A DNA stretch of 64,000 bases, from NCBI GenBank assembly GCA_964536515.1, contig CAZHXI010000002.1, positions 60,908 to 124,907 of the forward strand, read 5' to 3'. A program made the translations under genes and the position numbers. The notes below the pieces were generated by a model. That model was not told where the DNA came from. It ran no database searches and saw only the letters and a program-made list of their open reading frames with translations. Below are positions 1 to 10,100 of the stretch, in pieces (the stretch's first letter is position 1; each line of letters opens with the position of its first letter). This DNA is from an uncultured Gammaproteobacteria bacterium (GTDB taxonomy: Bacteria > Patescibacteriota > Patescibacteriia > CAYZDG01).

Positions 1-872
1 CGGTACAGACGCATGGCCCGCAGCGCACGGGAGTGATCTGGTCCACGATTATCGGCCACGTAGCGTACCAACGCTGCCTCCAGCGGCGGGTTGTACAGGG
101 CCATAAAGTTTATGAACCGTGCCCACCCCTCGTACCTGCAGCCAAAGCGCAGCGCGGAGTGGTCCAGCAGGTATATGTTGTGGCCGCTCACGCGCAGGTT
201 GTGCGGCACCAGGTCCCAGTGCGTGAGGAACCCCGAGTAACGATCTACCACGTCACGACTCTCCTCCAGGGCCCGGCAGGCAACGTCAATGCTGGCGGCA
301 ACCAGCTGGTCGCCCCCCAGGCCGGCTAGCTCGCGGCGCCTGCTGCCGAGGTCTGCAAGGTAGGTACCCGCCGACCACATTCCCAGCGTGCTACGGACGT
401 CACGGCGGTGGCCGTAGGTGGTGGCGTGCACGCCCTCCAGCCCCTCGAATGCCTTCAGCGCCAAGAAGAACTGCTCCTCCAGCGGCCGCGCCAGGAAGGT
501 GCTCCCCTGCTCTATGAACTCAGTCACCAGCAGCCGCAGGCTGCCGCGCCGCTCGTCCACCAGCACCGGCGGCGACAGGAAAACGTGGTACGAGAAGTTC
601 AGCTGCTCCAGAACCCTGCGGTATGCCAGCTCACGCTCGATCTCGGCAACGCCGTCGCGGTCGCTGCTCGCCTTAATAATTACCCGCCGCTGGTCAGCGG
701 AGCGTCGGCCGACGAGCACCAGCTTGCGGCCAGCCGTCAGGTAGCGCTCACCGCCCAGGTGCACCTGCTCTTCCTCCAGCTGGTAGCCGAGCTCGTCAAG
801 AACCGGCTGTAGCCGGACTAGCTCGGCGTTACGGTACTCGGCCCAGGCAGCAGCAGCTCCTACGTGCTTCAT
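1..872 (-). CDS. Kinase-like/aminoglycoside-phosphotransferase-fold protein (partial, runs off the window start)
   Basis: Not in the ORF track because it has no stop in the window. Manual translation from ATG at 872 (ATGA overlap with upstream stop): MKHVGAAAAWAEYRN...RVIIKASS...FLTHWDLVPHNLRV...IYLLDH, i.e. HxDxxxxN catalytic loop and downstream LD motif. Confidence 0.65.
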   Translation of the reverse strand, partial: MKHVGAAAAWAEYRNAELVRLQPVLDELGYQLEEEQVHLGGERYLTAGRKLVLVGRRSADQRRVIIKASSDRDGVAEIERELAYRRVLEQLNFSYHVFLSPPVLVDERRGSLRLLVTEFIEQGSTFLARPLEEQFFLALKAFEGLEGVHATTYGHRRDVRSTLGMWSAGTYLADLGSRRRELAGLGGDQLVAASIDVACRALEESRDVVDRYSGFLTHWDLVPHNLRVSGHNIYLLDHSALRFGCRYEGWARFINFMALYNPPLEAALVRYVADNRGPDHSRALRAMRLY

Positions 873-1753
873 GCCAGTAGCTTAACCAGCGTCGGAACGT
901 AGTCGCCCCAGCTCGGCGCAGGCAGGAAATCCGCACTTCCATCAGTAGCGGCGACGCTGCACCCAGCGGCCGCCCCGGCACGGGCAGCAGCCTCCCCCGC
1001 CTCGTCATCGAGGTCCACGACGCACGTTGCAGCCTGGCGCAGCAGGTACCACTCCTCGGCAGCAGACACACGGCCGAGGAATTCAACGCTCGGATTCTTG
1101 GCCGCTGCCCCATCGTCCGTGTACTCACCCATCACCCGTAGTCGCCGGCCATTTGCCAGATTGTCCATTGCGTAGCGGACGGCGGCGAACGACGAGTGCG
1201 GCGGCACCACGGTCAGCTTCGGATCACGCTGGGGCTGGAACGGCAGAACCTGGTCCGGCGACAGCGGCGGCGGACAGACGGCAATCTTTTCAGGCGCTAC
1301 CCCGTAGCGCTCACGGCAGACACGCTCCATAAACCGTGACGGCACCACTACACGTGCCGCCGCACGCAGTGTGGCAGACTGGCTGCGCAGCCTGGGGCCC
1401 GGTACGCCAGCCAGCTCGTCCGCAACGAAGTTAATCGTAACCGGAATCCGCCGCAGCCTGCCCACGAAGGTAGACGGCACGCCCGCCGCCAACGCCCGCT
1501 GGCTGTAGATCGCCGACGCACCGGAGCTGGCTAGCAGCAGCTTCCAGGCAAAGGCTACCAGGCGGAGCAGCAGGGGCATCCGCTTGCTCACCGTGACAAC
1601 CCGGACGCCGGGCGTAGGCTCGGCCTGGTTGGCGTACGCGACCACGGTTACGACGTGCCCGGCAGCTACCAGCTGCAGCGCCAGCTGGCGTATGTAGGTA
1701 GCCGGTTCGCCCTGCTCGGGCGGGTACAGCGGCGTAGCAATTACCACCTTCAT
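869..1753 (-). CDS. Glycosyltransferase family 4 (GT-B), divergent C-terminal half
   Basis: MKVVIATPLYPPEQGEPATY N-terminus and VVVPSRF motif typical of GT4; start taken at ATG 1753. Confidence 0.75.
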   Translation of the reverse strand: MKVVIATPLYPPEQGEPATYIRQLALQLVAAGHVVTVVAYANQAEPTPGVRVVTVSKRMPLLLRLVAFAWKLLLASSGASAIYSQRALAAGVPSTFVGRLRRIPVTINFVADELAGVPGPRLRSQSATLRAAARVVVPSRFMERVCRERYGVAPEKIAVCPPPLSPDQVLPFQPQRDPKLTVVPPHSSFAAVRYAMDNLANGRRLRVMGEYTDDGAAAKNPSVEFLGRVSAAEEWYLLRQAATCVVDLDDEAGEAAARAGAAAGCSVAATDGSADFLPAPSWGDYVPTLVKLLA

Positions 1754-1780
1754 AGGTGCTAACCGTGCCATTTTTCGCAC

Positions 1781-1816
1781 AAAAAAACAACCCCGTACCA
1801 CATTGGGTACGGGGCT
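1781..1816 (-). terminator. Intrinsic terminator of the Nudix-like gene
   Basis: CCCCGTACC/GGTACGGGG stem followed by a T run on the minus strand. Confidence 0.7.
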
Positions 1817-1847
1817 TCATCGTTGCTCGTTGCCTAGCTACCATTGA

Positions 1848-2885
1848 TCACATAATTCTCTGATTCGGCCACTGGATGAAAACCTCACCCTTGGGCACGT
1901 TCAGCGAAACTGCCGTGGCGAAAATCTTTGCGTACATATCTCGGCAGTCCGGGGTGCGGACCCAGTCGAGGAACTCTGTCCACGGCATTGCCACGACCTC
2001 GGAGATGCCCTCGCCGGGGTTCGTGTAGCCCGCCACATGCTGCAGGCCGGTAACCACCAGCAGATTGATGGGATCGCTGCTCACTCCGTCATCGGTAAAG
2101 TGCTTGCCCAGGTCGTAAACCTGGCAGCCTGAATTCAGCTCGCTTCCCGTCTCGTCCTTCAGCTCGGCGGCCAGCACATCCAGCAGCGTCGGCAGGTCTT
2201 CTCCCCCGCTGGGGCACATCGGCAAGCTCTCTCCACGGCTGCGACGGTACTCATACACCAGAAGCACACTGGGCTCCACTCCGGGCCTTAGCTCGGTCAG
2301 CGCCAGGCACCGCATCACGTGCCGATGGGTGTAGAAGCGAAGGGTCTTCGTCGTCTGCGCAACGTGGGCCGAGGGTATGACGCCGTACCTAACGAACACG
2401 AATGATTTGCTCCACTCGACAGCCTTAATACCGTCGAACTGAACCTCGCCACGCTCTATGCTGCCAGTTTTTGCATCCAGTGGCCTAAGAATCTTATCTA
2501 CCAGATGAGGCGGAAGCTTCTCAGCCAGTTGGCTGACCGATGGGCTGTTCAACCGCTGGCGGCCATCGTAGAATCGCTCGTGATTTGTTTCCCTTTCCCC
2601 CATCCGGCAACGCGTGCTACTACCCATCCAAGACCTGCTGACGAGCAGGTACTTTCGACCGCCCACCTTGGTAAGGTACTCAAACTCTGCCAATTCCAAA
2701 GTAGGAGAGTGCAGAACTGCTACCGGCGCACCGAGTAGGTGCGACATTCGAGCTACCTCATGTCTCACGGCAGCGTTATCACCGAGCGATCTGCGTATGC
2801 GAATAACGTCATCGGGTGTCGGCTGCTCTATTCGCTGAACCAACTCCGAGATTTGCGTAACTCTTGCTGGATCCACAATTGCCAA
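1848..2885 (-). CDS. Protein with C-terminal Nudix hydrolase-like domain
   Basis: Degenerate Nudix box GGEDLPTLLDVLAAELKDETG, preceded by VLLVYEYRRS as in ADP-ribose pyrophosphatases; TTG start with GGAGG. Confidence 0.6.
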   Translation of the reverse strand: MAIVDPARVTQISELVQRIEQPTPDDVIRIRRSLGDNAAVRHEVARMSHLLGAPVAVLHSPTLELAEFEYLTKVGGRKYLLVSRSWMGSSTRCRMGERETNHERFYDGRQRLNSPSVSQLAEKLPPHLVDKILRPLDAKTGSIERGEVQFDGIKAVEWSKSFVFVRYGVIPSAHVAQTTKTLRFYTHRHVMRCLALTELRPGVEPSVLLVYEYRRSRGESLPMCPSGGEDLPTLLDVLAAELKDETGSELNSGCQVYDLGKHFTDDGVSSDPINLLVVTGLQHVAGYTNPGEGISEVVAMPWTEFLDWVRTPDCRDMYAKIFATAVSLNVPKGEVFIQWPNQRIM

Positions 2886-2960
2886 CCTTCCTCCGTGTCT
2901 CCACGGTCTATTTGTATCTGAATTATCAACTTGCGGAATGAAAGAAAATTACATATATTT

Positions 2961-4145
2961 ATGCAAATGTCAAGCGATAAGCAACGAATCCTCTTCGTCA
3001 TTACCCAGGGCCACTGGGGCGGAGCCCAGCGCTACGTGTTCGATTTGGCACGGAACTTTACAGCCAATGGCCATCGGGTCGAAGTTGCCGTTGGAGATCA
3101 GCCCGGCCAACGTCTGCAGCAGCAGCTAGAAACGGCTGGCATTACGGTTCACCAGCTCAGGCACCTTGTTCGCCCGGTCAGCCCGGCGCAGGATTTTCTA
3201 GCGGTGCTCGAGCTGCGGAAGCTCATTGGCTCCGGTCGCTACGACGTAGTTCACCTGAACAGCTCCAAGGCGGGAGTGGTGGGATCAATCGCCGCTTCTA
3301 CGATCGGACGGAAATCTAGGCCCAAGATTGTGTACACGGCGCACGGCTGGGTCTTTGTGGAGCCGCTCTCCCCCGCCCGACGGTGGATGTACCGAACAAT
3401 GGAGGCTGCAACCGCCGCGGCTAAGGATGCCATTATCTGCGTCAGCCAGCAGAGCAAAGACGATGCGCTGACGGCCCACGTGGGCAAGCCGGAGCAGATG
3501 GAGGTCATCCCCATTGGCCTGGACCGTGCAGACCTTACGTTCATGCCCCGCGACGAGGCTCGAGCCGAGCTGTGCCGCCTCGCGGGAATCTCAGACAGCC
3601 CCGAAACTAGGCTCGCCGTTACGATCGCCAACTACTACGCCACCAAGGGCATAGACCTACTGCTGGCTGCCTGGCCGCGCGTGCTAGAGAAGCATCCAGA
3701 CGCCCACGCGATCGTCCTCGGCGACGGCCCACTAGCCGCAGACCTGCAACGGCAGCTAGCTAGCGCGGGCATTGCAGAACGGTTCCACCTGCCAGGCGCG
3801 GTGCCGGACGCCTACCGCCTGCTACTCGGCGCCGACCTCTTCGTCCTCCCGTCCCGCAAGGAAGGCCTGCCGTACGCCCTGCTGGAGGCGCAGGCGGCCG
3901 GGCTGCCGATAGTCGCCAGCGAAGTCGGCGGCGTCCCCGCTGCCCTAGCCAACGGCCGAGCTGGCCTACTGGTGCCGCCCGGCGCCCCCGGCGACATTGC
4001 CGCCGCCGTTGCCTCGCTGCTGGATGACCCCAGCCTGGGGCAGCGCCTGGCTACCGCGGCACGCAGCAGCCACACCCTGGCCAACATGGCCGAGGCAACC
4101 CTGGCCTGCTACGCCGGACGGCGGCAGGAGAACATTAGGCCGTAG
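2961..4145 (+). CDS. Glycosyltransferase family 4
   Basis: GGAQRYVFDL, HLNSSKAG, YTAHG, KGIDLL, EGLPYALLEAQAAGLP motifs. Confidence 0.93.
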   Translation: MQMSSDKQRILFVITQGHWGGAQRYVFDLARNFTANGHRVEVAVGDQPGQRLQQQLETAGITVHQLRHLVRPVSPAQDFLAVLELRKLIGSGRYDVVHLNSSKAGVVGSIAASTIGRKSRPKIVYTAHGWVFVEPLSPARRWMYRTMEAATAAAKDAIICVSQQSKDDALTAHVGKPEQMEVIPIGLDRADLTFMPRDEARAELCRLAGISDSPETRLAVTIANYYATKGIDLLLAAWPRVLEKHPDAHAIVLGDGPLAADLQRQLASAGIAERFHLPGAVPDAYRLLLGADLFVLPSRKEGLPYALLEAQAAGLPIVASEVGGVPAALANGRAGLLVPPGAPGDIAAAVASLLDDPSLGQRLATAARSSHTLANMAEATLACYAGRRQENIRP

Positions 4146-4759
4146 GCCACGCGCTGCGGCCCCACCAGCCTCGCCAGCCAGCGGAGGCGTGGCGACACAA
4201 TGAACTCGAACCGCACGTCGCCGAAGCGGTGCTGCAGCAGCGTGCGGAACTCCTCGAACGTGAAGTGGTTGATGTGGGTTGGATCCTCGAGGGGCGTGCC
4301 GCGCTTGCGGCCTACCAGCAGCCGCAGCCGGCTCTGCCAGCTGAACGCGTGCGGCACGGTGCCCGCCAGAATGCCGCCGGGCTTGAGGCTGTCGTGCAGC
4401 TTCTGCAGCACCGTGGCTGGGTAGTACAGGTGCTCCAGAACCTCGGCGGCTACGGCGGCGTCGAAGCTACCCGGCTCCACCCCCCAGTCCCCGTTCAGGT
4501 CTACCTGGCGCACGTCTATACCCAGCTGGCTGCGGGCAATCTCCAGCGCATCGGCGTCTATGTCGAGCCCCAGAACCCTGTTGCCGGGAACGAAGAATGA
4601 GGTGAGCGCGCCGTCGCGGCAGCCGATATCCAGAATCCGCTTGCCAGACCCCACGGCCTTGGCCAGGAACGCGCCGCGTACCTGGCCCAGCAGCACGAAT
4701 CCCCTGCCTCGGCGCTGGAGGTGGTGGCCGCTGTAGACCTGCTCCAAGCTGCCAGCCAT
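4109..4759 (-). CDS. Class I SAM-dependent methyltransferase
   Basis: ILDIGCRDG motif I, LGLDID, EVLEHL, LKPGG. Confidence 0.9.
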   Translation of the reverse strand: MAGSLEQVYSGHHLQRRGRGFVLLGQVRGAFLAKAVGSGKRILDIGCRDGALTSFFVPGNRVLGLDIDADALEIARSQLGIDVRQVDLNGDWGVEPGSFDAAVAAEVLEHLYYPATVLQKLHDSLKPGGILAGTVPHAFSWQSRLRLLVGRKRGTPLEDPTHINHFTFEEFRTLLQHRFGDVRFEFIVSPRLRWLARLVGPQRVAYGLMFSCRRPA

Positions 4760-4762
4760 GGC

Positions 4763-7081
4763 CTAGCGCCGCCTCCTTGCTGCCGCTGCCTGCTGCTGCT
4801 TGATCTCGGCGATCAGCGCGTCTGCCTCCTCGCGGTAGCGCGGCTCCAGACGTGCGGCTTCCTCGGCGGCGGCAATTGCCTGGTCGTACTCCTCCGTCTT
4901 CTGGTGGGCCAGCGCCAGCGAGCCCCACACCTCTGCCCTGCTCGGGCTAAGGGTAACGATTCGGCGGTAGGTATCCACCAGCTTGGGCCAGTCCTCTGCC
5001 TTGATGTACAGGTCTACCAGGCGCTGCAGGTTGTAGCCCTGCCCGTACACCTGCTCGGCGAACGCTGGATCCTCCATGGCGTGCTCCATCAGCTTGCGCC
5101 CCTCCTCCAGCTGGCCGGCGCGAACCAGCACGGTGCCCAGCGTCCACTCGGTGAACGGCACGCCCGGGGTTAGCTCCACCATCTTGCGGTACAGCGCCAC
5201 CGTATCCTCCGTGCGGCCCATGGCTCCCAGGTACAGCCCCTCGTCCAGCATCAGCTCTATGCGTTCCGGCGACTTGCCGCGCGCCTCCTGGATAATGGCC
5301 AACGCCTTCTGGTACGCGCCTGGGTCCTTGGCCATCTCGCCGCGGATAGCCACCACCTTGGCGTACTGCAGCGCCGTCTGCAGGTCGTACGGGTAGGCCT
5401 CGTACGCCTCACGAAGCTTGTCCTCGGCAAACTTCAGAGCCTCATCGCGTAGCGCATCGTTGCCATCGAAGTGGCCGGCCTGGACGTGCGCCATCATCGA
5501 GGCCGCAACCTGCCGGGGCACCTCCTGGCCGCCGGTTCCCAGGGGCGAGCTGTAGATGACGTCGCGGAACAGGGCGAGTTGGTCGGGAATCGCTGCCGCA
5601 TCGCGGTCGAAGTACTTGCTGGCGATAATGGCACGGCTAACCTGGTTGGTGCGGTAGTTAATGGGCAGGGCGTACAGCAGCATTGCCGCGGCGTACACCG
5701 CAGCCAGGGCGGCGAGCCACCCGTAGCGGCTGTCGGAGGGCTGCTCGGGAGACGCAGCCTCTCGCGGCTGGAAGCTAGCCAGCGCGCCGCCGAGCACCGC
5801 CAGCATCAGCCAGACCACCAGTACGTCGAACAGGAATAGGTTCTGCAGCACGTACGCCACCAGCACGCCGACGCCGACGAGTCCCAACGCCCTGGTTGCG
5901 GGCGTCCGCGCCGCACGCCAGGCCAGCAGCAGCAAGCCGACCACGAACACCAGCCAGGCAGCCAAGCCGACCGCACCCTGCGTGGTCCAAATGTCGAGGA
6001 CAATGTTGTGGGCGTGGTCGAACCAGGTCTCGCTGTTCGGGCCCTGGTAGTGCTTGGGGTTGAAGTGCTGGTTGAACGGCACCGGGAACTGCTCGGGGCC
6101 CCAGCCCAGCAGCGGCCGCTCCTGGATGCCCTGCCAGGCCGAGTTCCAGGTGTAGAAGCGGGTCTTAGCCGTGCTCGCCGTAGGGCTAATATCGGCGAAG
6201 CGCCGCAGCAGGCTGCTGGACTGCACCACCGCAGAGTCTTTGAATACAACCATCAGCAACGGCAGCGCCACGGCCAGGCCAGCCACTACGCCCACAATCC
6301 AGCGCAGCCTTTGGCTAGGCTGGGCCACACCCTCCGTAGGCTTACGGGTCAGCCACAGCCAGGCCACGGCAACGACCGGCAGGCTGGCGAACAGGCCGAG
6401 CATGGCGCCACGGGTGAGGGTGAGCACGAAGGTAACGAGCTGCAGGGCCAGAATGGGCATCCAGAGCCAGCGTCGCTTGTTGGCCCAGTCACGCACCAGC
6501 AGGTAGGCGGCGAACGCCATCTGGAACAGCAGCAGGGCGCCGACGTAGGCCGGGTTGCCGATGCGCGAGCTAATGCGGTCGCGGCCAGCCTCCACCGTCC
6601 AGGTGGCACCGGCCCGCTGCGCCAAGCCGTACAGGCTCAGCAGCACGCTCACACCCACAGCCCAGCGCAGGATCTTCACCCAGTCCTCCCGCCGGAACAG
6701 AGCCGGCAGCACCAGGAACACCGCCACGTAGTGGAAGGTGGTGAATACCCCCTCCATGCGCTCGAAGGTACCGAAGAAGCTGGTGTGCCAGTCCATGCCC
6801 ACGGCAGCGCTCAGGATAGCCGAGCCGAGGTACGCAATGACGCCCCAGGCAGCCAGGGTGAACTTGGGTCGGTACCGTGTGGGGTTTGCCGCCAGCAGGC
6901 CCAGGTACACCAGCACCAGCAGCTCTACCAGCACGCGGAACGTCACGTACTTTGGCACAATGAACGGGAAGAAGTAGCCGTTGCCCACGATTAGCGGGAT
7001 GCACAGCATGGCGTAGACCAGCCAACGGCTGGCCACCAGCAGGCCTCCCTCGTACTTACGAATGGTTTGGAGGATGGTCAT
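4763..7081 (-). CDS. O-antigen ligase-like (Wzy_C/WaaL/PglL) membrane protein with C-terminal TPR repeats
   Basis: About 12 hydrophobic segments, IGNPAYVG, TLTRGAMLG, PLLGWGPEQF, FDHAHNIVLD; helical TPR-like C-terminus. Confidence 0.88.
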   Translation of the reverse strand: MTILQTIRKYEGGLLVASRWLVYAMLCIPLIVGNGYFFPFIVPKYVTFRVLVELLVLVYLGLLAANPTRYRPKFTLAAWGVIAYLGSAILSAAVGMDWHTSFFGTFERMEGVFTTFHYVAVFLVLPALFRREDWVKILRWAVGVSVLLSLYGLAQRAGATWTVEAGRDRISSRIGNPAYVGALLLFQMAFAAYLLVRDWANKRRWLWMPILALQLVTFVLTLTRGAMLGLFASLPVVAVAWLWLTRKPTEGVAQPSQRLRWIVGVVAGLAVALPLLMVVFKDSAVVQSSSLLRRFADISPTASTAKTRFYTWNSAWQGIQERPLLGWGPEQFPVPFNQHFNPKHYQGPNSETWFDHAHNIVLDIWTTQGAVGLAAWLVFVVGLLLLAWRAARTPATRALGLVGVGVLVAYVLQNLFLFDVLVVWLMLAVLGGALASFQPREAASPEQPSDSRYGWLAALAAVYAAAMLLYALPINYRTNQVSRAIIASKYFDRDAAAIPDQLALFRDVIYSSPLGTGGQEVPRQVAASMMAHVQAGHFDGNDALRDEALKFAEDKLREAYEAYPYDLQTALQYAKVVAIRGEMAKDPGAYQKALAIIQEARGKSPERIELMLDEGLYLGAMGRTEDTVALYRKMVELTPGVPFTEWTLGTVLVRAGQLEEGRKLMEHAMEDPAFAEQVYGQGYNLQRLVDLYIKAEDWPKLVDTYRRIVTLSPSRAEVWGSLALAHQKTEEYDQAIAAAEEAARLEPRYREEADALIAEIKQQQAAAARRRR

Positions 7082-7113
7082 AGGCCTAAAATACTACCCT
7101 ACTCCGCAGCGAA

Positions 7114-7149
7114 AAGACCACCCCCCGCCTTTCGGCGGGGGGTGGCTTT
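7114..7149 (-). terminator. Intrinsic terminator of the S-layer-like gene
   Basis: GC-rich stem CCACCCCCCGCC/GGCGGGGGGTGG flanked by A/T runs. Confidence 0.75.
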
Positions 7150-7193
7150 GGCTAACCTAGTTGGTCAGTCCAGATTCTACGTTCAGCCGAAGC

Positions 7194-10100
7194 TTACTGG
7201 TAGGTAACCTGGGCCGAGGTCACCGGGTAGCTGTCCGAAGCGTCCTGCTGGGCGCTGTAGAAGCCGCTGTAGCCAGCCGGGGTGAACTTGTACAGTACAC
7301 CGCCAGCGCTCCAGAGCCGAGTACCGCCGTTGCCGGTGGTGATCAGGGCGCTGTCGCTAGACGAGAAGCCCCTAGTACCGGTGGCCTGCACCTGGATGGA
7401 GCGGGTAGCCTGGCTGCTGCCGCTGTTGGCCGCTACGTTGGCGGTGTTAGCACGGATGCTGAACACGCGCGAGCCATAGGTGCCGCCGGTGGCCGCAGGA
7501 ACGACGGCATTCGACGCAGGCACCGTGAAGGTGGTGGTCGTAGCCGAGTTGGGACCGGCACCACAGGAAGCCAGGGTGGCGATGTTGGTACCGCCACACA
7601 GGGCTACCGCCGCAGCTGCCGAGGCCAGCTCGAGACCGTTGTCGTCGAACAGCTTGAAGGTGTGGACATAGTCCATAGCCGACGTGCTGGACGAGAAGCC
7701 ACCGGCATTGAAGCTGAAGCCTAGCTGGTTCAGCGTCATGCCGACCTGGCCGTAGTTGCGAACCTCGAAGCGGGCGATCTCATCGTTGATGCCACGGACG
7801 TGGTAGCTGCCTACCGGCAGGCTCACGATCACCGGGGCGGTGTCGATGTAGAGGTGCTTGTTAGTCTCCGCGGTAATGCCACCAGCCGACTGCAGAGTGG
7901 CCTGGATAGAGCTCGAGCTATTCGAGCGCAGATCGAGGTAAGTACTGCTATTGGACTTGATCTTAACCGAGAAAACAGTTGTAGAAGCACCGCTACCCGA
8001 GTTAGCGATGTTCGCCTTCACAGTCAGCACGCCTCCAAAGTCACGCAGGAAGGTAACCGGCGTGGCAAAGGTGAATAGTGCATCGCAGGTGGAAGAGGCT
8101 GCAGCGGTGCCGTAGGTCGAGCTGTCGAGGCCCGAGTCATACTGGTAGCAGTTGGTGCTGCCCAGCTGAGTGGTGCCATTGAACAGCTTGAAGCCCGTGA
8201 AGATACGAGTACCAGAGGCGTTCGGGGCAAGGCCCTCGTTAGCGCCAGTGGTAGAAGCGGTGATAGCCAGCTTGTGCAGGTGCACGTCCTCGTTCAAGAC
8301 CTCGAAGCGGAAGCTACCGACCTCAAAGTCCTGCGTGCCAGCCGTAGCGATCTTCGAGTTGTTGTTCGAGGTGCTCTCGAAGTAGGCGCGTACTGCGGCA
8401 GCAGCCATCGAGTTCATCTGGCCATTCACTGCGGTGGTCGGAGCCTCTACGGTGTTGTTAACCGCGGAACCAACAATGTGGTTGGCGGCCAGCTGGGCGT
8501 AGATGACCGTACCGTTCGCAATGGACGAATTGAAGTCCGCGCTAATACCCAGAATGCGGGTGCTGTTCTGGGGAATCGTCCACTGCATGGTGAACGAGTT
8601 CGATGTGGTAGCTACCGAGCTGCGAGTGCTACCGAGCTGCACCGGGGTGCCGCTGGTAATGTCCCACAGCTTCAGGTTAGTCAGCTGAGTCGGAACGTTC
8701 ACCGCGCCGGTACCAGCGAGGGTAACGTTGATGCTGTTAATCAGCACGTTGGCGCTACCGGCCGACTGGTTACCCAGTACGAAGGTTGCGAAAGTTGCAT
8801 TGTTCGTACCCGGAGCAACGCTATTCGGGTCAGAAGGCGTGGCGTGCTTGGTAACCGTGAGCGAAGTCGAGCCAATAGTCAGCTGACCGGCCTGCTGCCC
8901 CCCCGTGGCTACATTGGTGTAGTCCAGGCTGTTCAGCCGGCGCGCGTAGAAGTTACCCAGCTTGATCTGAATCGTATTGCCGCTGTGGGCATTATTCAGA
9001 AGACTACCCATCACCTTAATCGTCTTCATCTGGCCGGTAACCAGCGAGATGTAGTTACTGAACGAGGTCTGAGTCGTTAAGCCGGAGGTGTTGTAGGTAG
9101 TGGTCGCGTTCGCGGTACCAGTGTAGTACACCGTGCCGGTGTTCGCATCTACGATCGACAGGTTACCCGTGAAGTCGTAGAAATTGGCATTCTGCAAAGC
9201 GAACTTCTGAAGCTCCAGGTTCTCACCGTTAGCGGTGATGTCGAACCTGGCTAGCTCCACGTTATTCGCACCCAACGTCAAGTTACCCGACGGTGAAGCG
9301 GTGCTCTTGCTGATGGTCAGCTCGCCCTGCTTCATCTTGAAGTAACCGTTGGTCGAAATTTCTGAAGTCCAGGTACCCTCATCGCCATCCAGGGGAAGGA
9401 TGTTGGCACCGGTGGTCAGACCGCGCACCAGGACATCGTAGTCATTCTGGAGCTGCAGACGGAACCAGCGGTTGGCACCTCCCGTAGCATCCACCTTTAC
9501 GGTGAGGTTGCGGTTCTGGCCCTGCGGGATGGTGTAGGGGCTAGACATGGTTACCGTTACGTACCGGTTGGTGGCGCGGGCAGCGCTGCCCAGGGCTACG
9601 CCATCGGGGCCGTAGACGGTGAAGTTAGCGAGGTCGGTAGCCTCGTTGATGTCACCCTCTACGTAGAACGTAAGCTGGCGCACCTGTACATCCTCGCGAG
9701 AAGAAGTCTCAGAGAACTGGAACTTAGCAACCTCCATCTGGGTGTTGCCTACCTCCAGGTTACCATCAGCCGTCGAGGCGCTATTGCCAACGGTCGTCAG
9801 GCCGTCAACCTTCACGGCACCTACGCTGTTCGCGCCGTTAACCACGCTCATGGTGTTACCCATCAGCGGGAAGACGCCGTTAACAGACGGGGTATTTGTA
9901 AAGGTCAGATGGCTGGCGCCCGCTACCGAGAAATTCACGGTTGCGCTGTCAACCGAACCAGAAATATTGGCGGCAACCGTCACGCTGCGGGTCTGGCCAG
10001 CCGGAATGACGATCGGCTCGCCAGAGAAACCCACAGTTCCCATGCCGTCGCTGGTGAGCGCGGTAAGGATGCTGCCATGGCGGACACCGTTCTGGTCCCA

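Noticed and set aside
33-812. Plus-strand ORFs 33-329, 408-812 and 418-744
   Set aside because: Antisense shadows of the minus-strand kinase-fold gene (1-872)
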